Source: an uncultured bacterium (lineage in GTDB: Bacteria > CAIJMQ01). Taken from it: a stretch of DNA of 33,043 bases. This document shows, piece by piece, positions 25,886-33,043 of this stretch. The notes under the pieces are model-generated. The model did no database searches. It was not told the origin of the DNA and saw only the letters and a program-made list of their open reading frames with translations. Position numbers and translations under genes: made by a program. Every line of letters begins with the position of its first letter. The stretch's first letter is position 1. The stretch covers positions 1 to 33,043 of the forward strand of contig CAZNJA010000013.1 of assembly GCA_964573245.1 (NCBI GenBank), given 5' to 3'.

Positions 25886-25967
25886 GTTAAATTGTGATTA
25901 CACCGATTAAAAATTAGTAATCTGTGTAATCTTGCGTTTTCTTTAATCGCTGTAATCGTTTTATTTT

Positions 25968-26606
25968 TTATAATAAATATGGATTCTCTCTTTTTTCTTT
26001 GCCGATTGTTGTGGGGCTGCCATGCCCCGGATAAACAATACAATCATCAGGCAGTGTCAATAGTTTATCTTTTATACTTTTTATAAGCAGATTATAATCT
26101 GCCAAAGGAAAACTTGTGTTTCCTATGCTTCCTGAAAAAAGCGCGTCTCCGGTAAAAACGCTATTATTTATAACGATTGATATCCCGCCTGGCGTGTGTC
26201 CCGGAGTATGGAGGATATCTGCTTTCAGGTTGCCTATCTTTAATTGCAAGCCGTTATGCAGCACTATATCAGGATTTGGAAAGGGCAAAAATTCGTCTTG
26301 TGAGCCGGGCGGCGCAAAATCGGACAGATTAAGCGAAGAGTCTTTTAAAAATTTAATATCCTTCTCATGCATGCAAATTTGTACGTTTTCTAACATTTCT
26401 TTTAGGTATTTGTTTGCTCCTATGTGGTCTATATGAGCGTGAGTGTTGATGATGTATTTAATATTTAAATTCTTTTTATTGGTAAGTTTAAGGATTTTAT
26501 CCGCTTCTGCGCCCGGGTCTATGACCAGCCCTTGGTTGGTTTGTTTGCACCCGACTAAATAACAATTTGTTTCTGCAGGGCCGACTATCAGTTTTTCCAG
26601 TATCAT
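25968..26606 (-). CDS. MBL-fold metallo-hydrolase (glyoxalase II/YcbL-like)
   Basis: THAHIDHIG, HTPGHTPGG, FTGD, YPGHG..TTIG.EK..NP. Confidence 0.92.
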   Translation of the reverse strand: MILEKLIVGPAETNCYLVGCKQTNQGLVIDPGAEADKILKLTNKKNLNIKYIINTHAHIDHIGANKYLKEMLENVQICMHEKDIKFLKDSSLNLSDFAPPGSQDEFLPFPNPDIVLHNGLQLKIGNLKADILHTPGHTPGGISIVINNSVFTGDALFSGSIGNTSFPLADYNLLIKSIKDKLLTLPDDCIVYPGHGSPTTIGKEKRENPYLL

Positions 26607-26666
26607 TTGGTTAATTTTATCACTTATTGAATGAGAATATGAAGTGTGGGAAAATAATAAATAATA

Positions 26667-26750
26667 GATGCTGGATTCTAGATACTTGATACTGGATTCT
26701 CGTCAGTAAATCTAATTGTTGTTACCAGCATCTAGTATCGGGCATCCAGT
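26667..26750. repeat. Inverted heptamer array (GATACTN units)
   Basis: GATGCTG GATTCTA GATACTT GATACTG GATTCTC ... CCAGCAT CTAGTAT CGGGCAT CCAGT; same family as 14529-14651. Confidence 0.8.
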
Positions 26751-26774
26751 GCTTTTTTTACATTTTATTAAACA

Positions 26775-27524
26775 ATGCCTAATTATAAATTAACAATTGA
26801 ATACGAGGGAACTAATTATCATGGCTGGCAAAGGCAAAAGTCGAAAATTACCGTTCAGGGGGTAATCGAGCAAACGCTTGAAAAAATCTTTAAGCAAAAA
26901 ATCACTTTGATAGGGCAAGGGAGACTCGATGCCGGAGCGCATGCTTTAGGACAAGTCGCACACTTTAAAGTAACGAAAGATTTCAATCCTCTTAATTTAA
27001 AAAGAGCGTTGAATGGACTGCTTCCTTCGGATATACGGATTAAAAATACTCAAAAGGCGGATGACAAATTCCACGCTCGCTACTTAGCAAAAACGAGACA
27101 TTACAAATATATTGTTTATAACGGCGAACCATCTGTATGGTTGAGGAAATTCGCCTATTTTTACCCTTATGAATTAAATATCAGCAAAATACAAAAAGGG
27201 GCAAAATATTTGCTTGACAAGCATGATTTTTCCTGCTTCCAGTCCACTGGTAGCCCTGTTAAAAGCCCGATTAAAACCATAAAATCAATAAAAATAAAAA
27301 AAGAAAATTTGATTTTTCCGGGTAAAATCGCTGTTATAAGATTTGATATAAAAGCGGACGCTTTTCTTTATAGAATGGTCAGAAACATAGTCGGGACGTT
27401 ACTAGAAATCGGCAGGGGTAAGATTCCGCCCGAAGAAATCAGGAAAATCTTAAAAGGCAAAGCGAAAAGAAAATCGCAAGTCGTCTCTGCATGTGGATTG
27501 TATCTGGTCGGTGTGGAATATTAA
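26775..27524 (+). CDS. truA: tRNA pseudouridine(38-40) synthase
   Basis: YEGTNYHGWQRQ, GRLDAGAHA (catalytic Asp), FHARY, AFLYRMVRNIVG. Confidence 0.96.
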   Translation: MPNYKLTIEYEGTNYHGWQRQKSKITVQGVIEQTLEKIFKQKITLIGQGRLDAGAHALGQVAHFKVTKDFNPLNLKRALNGLLPSDIRIKNTQKADDKFHARYLAKTRHYKYIVYNGEPSVWLRKFAYFYPYELNISKIQKGAKYLLDKHDFSCFQSTGSPVKSPIKTIKSIKIKKENLIFPGKIAVIRFDIKADAFLYRMVRNIVGTLLEIGRGKIPPEEIRKILKGKAKRKSQVVSACGLYLVGVEY

Positions 27525-27603
27525 GAGAATACAATAAATTATGTTATCATTTGTTTGTTTTTTAAAAAGAATAAGAAAATCCGCAAAATAAATAGGAGAG
27601 ATA

Positions 27604-27766
27604 ATGGAGCATTCGGATTTTGTTCACCCCGTTAGAGTTCGTCCCGATACATTATCGGGACGTCAGAAATGCTATTTGCTTTTTAGGTTTATAGCAGCTG
27701 GCAAGCTTTTTAAGATAAACGCGGTGTGCGCTTCTTATCTCTAACGGGGTTCATTTGCATGCTTAG
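27604..27766 (+). pseudogene. Abortive duplicate of the dnaE 5' end, interrupted by an element
   Basis: AGGAGA ribosome-binding site, then ATGGAGCATTCGGATTTTGTTCA; with the element removed it reads MEHSDFVHLHA* versus dnaE MEHSDFVHLHV. Confidence 0.75.
27627..27749. mobile_element. 123-bp MITE-like element (copy 3)
   Basis: CCCCGTTAGAG / CTCTAACGGGG termini; direct repeat TTCA at 27623-27626 and 27750-27753. Confidence 0.9.
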
Positions 27767-27806
27767 TTAGATAGAATATATAAGTAAATGTAAGCAAGGA
27801 GAAACG

Positions 27807-30800
27807 ATGGAACATTCTGATTTTGTTCACCTGCATGTTCATACAGGTTATTCGCTTTTGGACGGGATGTGCCGCATTCCTGATTTGGTTAAAAAAGCCA
27901 AAGAATATAAGATGCCGGCTCTTGCAATAACCGACCACGGGAATATGTTCGGAGCTATAGAATTTTATAATGTGGCTATGTCCGAAGGAATCAAGCCGAT
28001 TGTGGGAAGTGAAATGTATTTGGCTCCCAAAAGCAGGAAAGAGAAAAAAGTAGAACGCGGCGAAACGCTTTATTATCATATGACTTTTTTGTGTAAGGAC
28101 GAAAAAGGTTATAAGAATTTAATGCAGCTAAGTTCCATCGGCTATTTGGAAGGATTTTATTACAGACCTAGAATAGACAAGGAAATTTTAAGTGAATATT
28201 CGCAAGGTTTGATTAGTCTTTCGGGGTGTCTTAAAGGCGAAATACCCCAAAAAATATTACAGGATAAGCAAGAGGAAGCGTCACGGATAGCGGGACAATA
28301 TCAGGAAATTTTTGGCAAAGGCAATTTTTATTTAGAACTTATGGATTTGTTTTTGCCCGAGCAGAAAAAAGTCAACGAAGGTTTGCTAAAGATTTCAAAG
28401 CAATTGGATATTCCTTTGGTTGTGACTAATGATGTACATTATTTACTGAAGGAACATGCGATTGCGCACGATGCCTTATTGTGTATCCAGACAGGAGCTG
28501 TTCTTCAAGAAGAAAACAGGTTGAAGTTCAAGACAGAGGAATTCTATTTTAAATCACCGCAGGAAATGAAGAAAATGTTTGCCGATTATCCTGAAACTTG
28601 GGAAAACACTATTGAAATTACCGAAAAGTGTAATTTGCAGTTGGAATTCGGGAAATTTCACTTGCCGCATTTTCCAGTTCCGGAGGGCGAAACTTTGGAT
28701 TCACGTCTTGAAAAACTCTGTTACGAGGGCTTAAAAGAAAAACTTCCCGATACAGACGAAAAAGTAAAAGAAAGATTGAAACATGAATTATCGGTTATAA
28801 AAAATATGGGTTTTTCTAGTTATTTTTTGATTGTTAACGATTTTATAAATTTCGCTCGTTCTCAAAAGATTGCAGTTGGTCCCGGAAGAGGCTCCACCGC
28901 CGGAAGTTTGGTAGCTTTTTGTTTAGGCATTACGGAAATAAATCCTTTGAAATACGGTTTATTTTTCGAAAGGTTTCTTAATCCCGGAAGAAAAAAAATG
29001 CCGGATATAGATATTGATTTCAGTGATGTGAGAAGAGGCGAAGTCATAAATTATGTTTCCAACAAATACGGGAAGGATAAAGTCACTCAAATTATTACGT
29101 TTGGAACGATGGCGGCAAGAGCGGTGATAAGAGATGTGGGTCGGGTTTTGGATATGCCTTACAGCGAAGTTGACCAGATTGCAAAAAGGATTCCTTTGCT
29201 TGGGCATTTCACATTAGAAGAAGCCGTTAAAAAAGATAGTGAGTTAAAAATTTTTCAGGATAAATATCCCGCACTTTTCGAAATATCCAAAACTTTGGAA
29301 GGACTTCCGCGTCACGCTTCTACACATGCGGCTGGGGTTGTAATAGCAAGGGAACCATTGACCAAATACACGCCGCTTTATCAAGTGAGCGAGGGTGAAA
29401 TCCTGACTCAATACCCGATGGAGATTCTGGATAAAATCGGGCTTTTAAAAATGGATTTGCTGGGGTTGAAGACACTTTCTTTATTGGATAACGCGCTCGA
29501 AATAATCAAGGCCACAAAAGGAAAAGAGATAGATTTGGTGAATTTGCCGTTGGATGATTCCGCGACATATAAACTTTTGCAGGCGGCGAAGACTATCGGC
29601 ATTTTCCAGCTGGAAAGCGAGGGCATGAGGGAACTTATAAAGAAAATGCGTCCCGACAGTTTCAAGGATTTGATAGCACTTTTGGCTTTATATCGCCCTG
29701 GTCCTTTGGGAGGCGGACAAGTGGATTTGTTTATCAAAAGGAAGTCTGGCAAAGAAGCAATCGAATATCCTCATCCTTTATTAAATAAAATATTGGAAGA
29801 GACCTACGGGATTATTCTCTATCAGGAACAGGTTATGCAGATAGCTTCGGAAATCGCTAATTTTTCGTTGGCAGATGCGGACGATCTAAGAGGCGCGATG
29901 GGGAAGAAAATTCCGGAAATTATGGACGAAAAAAGGGCTCAATTTATAAAAGGCGCGAAAAAGAATGGGATTTCAGAATCCAAAGCGAATAAAATTTTCG
30001 ATTATATGGCATATTTTGCGGGTTATGGATTTAATAAAGCCCATAGCACTGCTTATGCCTTTGTGTCTTATCGGACGGCGTATCTTAAAGCTAATTTCCC
30101 TCTGGAATTTATGGCGGCGCTTCTAAATTCTGAAAAAGCGAACAGAGACAAAATGGCTATTATTATGAATGAGTGTAACGAAATGGGCATAAAAGTTTTT
30201 CGGCCGGATATAAACGAAAGTTCTATTGATTTTACCGTTGTAGGAGACAGTATAAGATTCGGGCTATTAGCGGTTAAAAATGTGGGAGAGCAAGCCGTTC
30301 GGGATATCATTAGGACGAGAGAAGAAAAAGGAAAATTCGTTTCGCTGACAGATTTTATAGAGAGGATTGATTCGCGAAAAGTTACGAAAAAAGTCATAGA
30401 GAGCTTGATAAAATGCGGTGCTTTCGATTGTTTGGATAAAAACCGTGCTTATTTAATCAGTGTGTTGCAAAAAGGTCTTAATAATAGGTATGGCAAGAAA
30501 ATAGGTCAGATTGCTCTTTTTTCGGCTTTGCCAAACAAGACAGCAGAAGAAGAGGTTAATATCCCACAATGGAGCAAATCCGATATTTTACAGTTCGAAA
30601 AAGAGCTTTTGGGGTTTTATTTGACGGGACACCCTTTGGCTAAATATGAAAAGTTGCTTGAAAAATTTACTAACAGCGATACTGCTGCTTTGTCGAAACT
30701 TAACGTTCCTAAAAACGTAAAGATTGCCGGAGTAATAAGCAATGTCAAGAAAAAATTCACTAAACGAGAAGGCAAGAGAATGGCTATATTTAAATTGGAA

Positions 30801-31256
30801 GATTTGAAAGGAAGTATAGAGGTCATATTATTCCCGGACGCTTTTGAGAAGAGGAAAAATGATATAGAAAACGGTGCCGAAGTAATAGTCGAAGGCAGAT
30901 TAGAAACAAACGGCGACGCATCCAAAATAATAGCTTCTTCCTTAAAATCTATTGCTAAAGTCATAAATCAAACGCAAACCAATTCGCAATTACCGAAATC
31001 TCCGAAAATAAAACGAGCGGTGCACATATACATAAACGAATCCTATACAAACGAGCATGTTTTGGATAATTTGCAACATCTTTTGCGTGTTTCAAGAGGA
31101 GAAAGCAAAGTGTATTTTCACATACGCGAAGGTTCTAAGGAAACAGTCCTTTTAGCGGGGAATTATACGGAAGTGAATCCTGATAGACTTCCTTTGGATA
31201 AAATTGAAGGAATTTTGGGTAAAGGAACAGTCTCCGTAATTCAGGAAGAGGAATAA
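27807..31256 (+). CDS. dnaE: DNA polymerase III alpha subunit
   Basis: PHP domain HLHVHTGYSLLDG, GPGRGS, PDIDIDF, YGFNKAHS, C-terminal OB fold; no intein-sized insertion. Confidence 0.98.
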   Translation: MEHSDFVHLHVHTGYSLLDGMCRIPDLVKKAKEYKMPALAITDHGNMFGAIEFYNVAMSEGIKPIVGSEMYLAPKSRKEKKVERGETLYYHMTFLCKDEKGYKNLMQLSSIGYLEGFYYRPRIDKEILSEYSQGLISLSGCLKGEIPQKILQDKQEEASRIAGQYQEIFGKGNFYLELMDLFLPEQKKVNEGLLKISKQLDIPLVVTNDVHYLLKEHAIAHDALLCIQTGAVLQEENRLKFKTEEFYFKSPQEMKKMFADYPETWENTIEITEKCNLQLEFGKFHLPHFPVPEGETLDSRLEKLCYEGLKEKLPDTDEKVKERLKHELSVIKNMGFSSYFLIVNDFINFARSQKIAVGPGRGSTAGSLVAFCLGITEINPLKYGLFFERFLNPGRKKMPDIDIDFSDVRRGEVINYVSNKYGKDKVTQIITFGTMAARAVIRDVGRVLDMPYSEVDQIAKRIPLLGHFTLEEAVKKDSELKIFQDKYPALFEISKTLEGLPRHASTHAAGVVIAREPLTKYTPLYQVSEGEILTQYPMEILDKIGLLKMDLLGLKTLSLLDNALEIIKATKGKEIDLVNLPLDDSATYKLLQAAKTIGIFQLESEGMRELIKKMRPDSFKDLIALLALYRPGPLGGGQVDLFIKRKSGKEAIEYPHPLLNKILEETYGIILYQEQVMQIASEIANFSLADADDLRGAMGKKIPEIMDEKRAQFIKGAKKNGISESKANKIFDYMAYFAGYGFNKAHSTAYAFVSYRTAYLKANFPLEFMAALLNSEKANRDKMAIIMNECNEMGIKVFRPDINESSIDFTVVGDSIRFGLLAVKNVGEQAVRDIIRTREEKGKFVSLTDFIERIDSRKVTKKVIESLIKCGAFDCLDKNRAYLISVLQKGLNNRYGKKIGQIALFSALPNKTAEEEVNIPQWSKSDILQFEKELLGFYLTGHPLAKYEKLLEKFTNSDTAALSKLNVPKNVKIAGVISNVKKKFTKREGKRMAIFKLEDLKGSIEVILFPDAFEKRKNDIENGAEVIVEGRLETNGDASKIIASSLKSIAKVINQTQTNSQLPKSPKIKRAVHIYINESYTNEHVLDNLQHLLRVSRGESKVYFHIREGSKETVLLAGNYTEVNPDRLPLDKIEGILGKGTVSVIQEEE

Positions 31257-31305
31257 TGAAAGTTTATAGTTGAATGTTTAGACTGAAAATCTCTGGCAGG
31301 GTTTA

Positions 31306-31431
31306 CCCCGTTAGAGATTATGATATAACAAAATGTTTAACTGTAAACAATATTGTAAAAGCTAATGGTTAGGAAGAGCTACTCCCAACTAATTACGTTT
31401 CGATGTCATATTGAAACTATCTCTAACGGGG
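31306..31431. mobile_element. 126-bp MITE-like element (copy 4), intergenic
   Basis: CCCCGTTAGAGAT / ATCTCTAACGGGG termini; direct repeat TTTA at 31302-31305 and 31432-31435. Confidence 0.9.
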
Positions 31432-31471
31432 TTTACAAACGTATACATTTTCTCTATCATATCCGACTAAA

Positions 31472-32488
31472 ATGAGTAAATTAACGATATCATCGTCTCC
31501 TCACATAAGAGATAAAACCACTGTCGGATCGATGATGTGGGGTGTTGTGATTGCGCTTTTGCCTGCTGTTTTTTGGGGTGTTTTTTATTTTCAGGCGCAC
31601 GCTCTTTATTTAATTTTGATTTGTGTTACTACCGCTGTTTTATCGGAAGCAATTTGCCAAAAAATCCTTAATAAACCTATAACCATAACCAATGGCAGTG
31701 CTTTTTTGACGGGACTGCTTCTTGCTTTGGTTTTGCCTCCCACTTTTCCTTTATGGGCGGGTGCTTTGGGCGCGGTAGTTTCTATTGTAATCGGCAAACA
31801 TATCTTTGGAGGGTTAGGATATAATATTTTTAACCCCGCACTTTTGGGAAGAGCATTTCTTTCGGTTGCTTTTCCTGTTTTTACTACTACATGGAAAGTT
31901 CCCGTTTTGAATACTGCAAAACTTTTTTCTGAAGGAAAGTTTAATACTTTTTTCCTGGGCGATGCAGTTACTTCGGCAACTCCGCTTGCTTTGGCGCTGC
32001 CGAAGTTCGGCGTGCTTAATCCTGATATTCCGTCTTATCTTGAACTTTTTTTAGGCATGCGGGGCGGCTGTATAGGAGAGGTTTCCGCGCTTGCTTTGCT
32101 TATCGGCGCAGTATATCTGCTTGCAAGGAAATGTATTGATTGGCGCATTCCTTTGGGTTATATAGGGACTGTTTTTGCGGTAAGCTCTTTGTTGTGGTTT
32201 TCGAATAAAATCAACCCGACGCCTCTTTTTCATATTTTAAGCGGAGGACTTTTGATAGGCGCTTTTTTTATGGCTACAGACCCTGTGACTTCGCCTGTTA
32301 CAAAAAAAGGCAGATGGATTTTCGGGATGGGCGCGGGAATTTTGACAATAAGTATAAGGATATGGGGCGGATATCCCGAAGGAGTCATGTATTCTATTTT
32401 GATAATGAACGCGTTTACCCCCTTGATAGAAAAATTCACCGCTCCGTTTCAGTTTGGATATATTAAACAACAGAAAAATGAAAAATAA
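31472..32488 (+). CDS. rnfD: Rnf electron transport complex subunit D
   Basis: SSSPHI, FGGLGYNIFNPAL, DAVTSATPL (FMN-Thr), FFMATDPVTSP, GGYPEG. Confidence 0.95.
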   Translation: MSKLTISSSPHIRDKTTVGSMMWGVVIALLPAVFWGVFYFQAHALYLILICVTTAVLSEAICQKILNKPITITNGSAFLTGLLLALVLPPTFPLWAGALGAVVSIVIGKHIFGGLGYNIFNPALLGRAFLSVAFPVFTTTWKVPVLNTAKLFSEGKFNTFFLGDAVTSATPLALALPKFGVLNPDIPSYLELFLGMRGGCIGEVSALALLIGAVYLLARKCIDWRIPLGYIGTVFAVSSLLWFSNKINPTPLFHILSGGLLIGAFFMATDPVTSPVTKKGRWIFGMGAGILTISIRIWGGYPEGVMYSILIMNAFTPLIEKFTAPFQFGYIKQQKNEK

Positions 32489-33041
32489 ATCTTCGCAAAT
32501 TTTTATCGCACTCGGCGTTGTTTGTTTGTTTTCGGGAAGCGCTTTGGCGATTATGTATAATTTTACGAAACGGCCTATTTATGAAAATCAGCAGGCGGAA
32601 TTGAAAAACGCTATAGTGAAAGTTCTGCCGGCTGTTGAAACTTATCAGGAAATAAAAAAAACCGAAACTATAACCATCTACAAAGGCGAAGATAAAAACA
32701 AGAACACAATCGGATATGCCGTAGTAGGAGAGGGCAATGGTTTTCAGGGTAAAATCAAGTTGATTGTCGGCTTGGATAAGAATTTAAAAAGTTTTTTGGG
32801 TATGGAAGTCCTTGAGTCTTCGGAAACCCCGGGACTTGGAACGAGGGTAGGGGAAGAGCCTTTCAAAGAACAAGTAAAGAATTTAAAGTTGGGCGGTGAT
32901 ATTCCTATCGGGATTGTGAAAGATGAGAAAAGTAAAAAAGAAACTGATGTCCAGGCAATTACCGGTGCAACTATTTCGTCTACGGCAGTTGTCTCTATTT
33001 TGAATGAAATTGTCAAAGAAACGGATGGAACCGTCAAATAA
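32478..33041 (+). CDS. rnfG: Rnf electron transport complex subunit G
   Basis: N-terminal TM, GFQGKI, ETPGLG, VQAITGATISS (FMN-Thr); start ATG 32478. Confidence 0.92.
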   Translation: MKNKSSQIFIALGVVCLFSGSALAIMYNFTKRPIYENQQAELKNAIVKVLPAVETYQEIKKTETITIYKGEDKNKNTIGYAVVGEGNGFQGKIKLIVGLDKNLKSFLGMEVLESSETPGLGTRVGEEPFKEQVKNLKLGGDIPIGIVKDEKSKKETDVQAITGATISSTAVVSILNEIVKETDGTVK

Positions 33042-33043
33042 CA

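Noticed and set aside
26915-26945. Inactive TruA (GRLDAGAHA versus the usual GRTDAGVHA)
   Set aside because: The catalytic Asp and other motifs are intact; likely ordinary divergence.
1166-31431. CRISPR array or integron attC sites
   Set aside because: The repeats are dispersed, inverted and flanked by target duplications, not tandem repeat-spacer units; no cas or intI; they interrupt genes rather than delimit cassettes.
539-33037. Numerous short antisense or overlapping ORFs in the track
   Set aside because: They are shadows of well-supported genes and have no recognisable motifs.

Overview
AT-rich bacterial chromosomal window, probably from an uncultured anaerobe (inference). From left to right it holds: the end of a type II secretion operon (gspG C-terminus, gspH-I-J-K-L-M); a separately promoted four-gene cluster of secreted proteins; a convergent ileS-dksA/traR-lspA-lgt operon; a family-5 (Opp/Dpp-type) ABC importer; then xerD, an MBL-fold hydrolase, truA, dnaE and rnfD-rnfG. 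The secreted cluster encodes a stand-alone gingipain-type propeptide, a C25-fold protein apparently lacking the catalytic His/Cys, a papain-like Cys peptidase and a GH10 xylanase. The last three end in an Asp/Gly linker plus a CFI-box-CTERM domain. Two things stand out. First, the CFI-box-CTERM cargo sits directly behind a T2SS, with catalytic domains swapped into a shared scaffold. Second, the window is densely colonised by tiny non-coding elements: four CCCCGTTAGA...TCTAAYGGGG inverted-repeat elements with largely unrelated interiors (three with perfect 4-bp target duplications), heptamer inverted arrays and nested GC-rich hairpins. These occupy the cleavable leaders of all four minor pseudopilins and sit in frame inside ileS. 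All calls are by eye from motifs; no searches were run.
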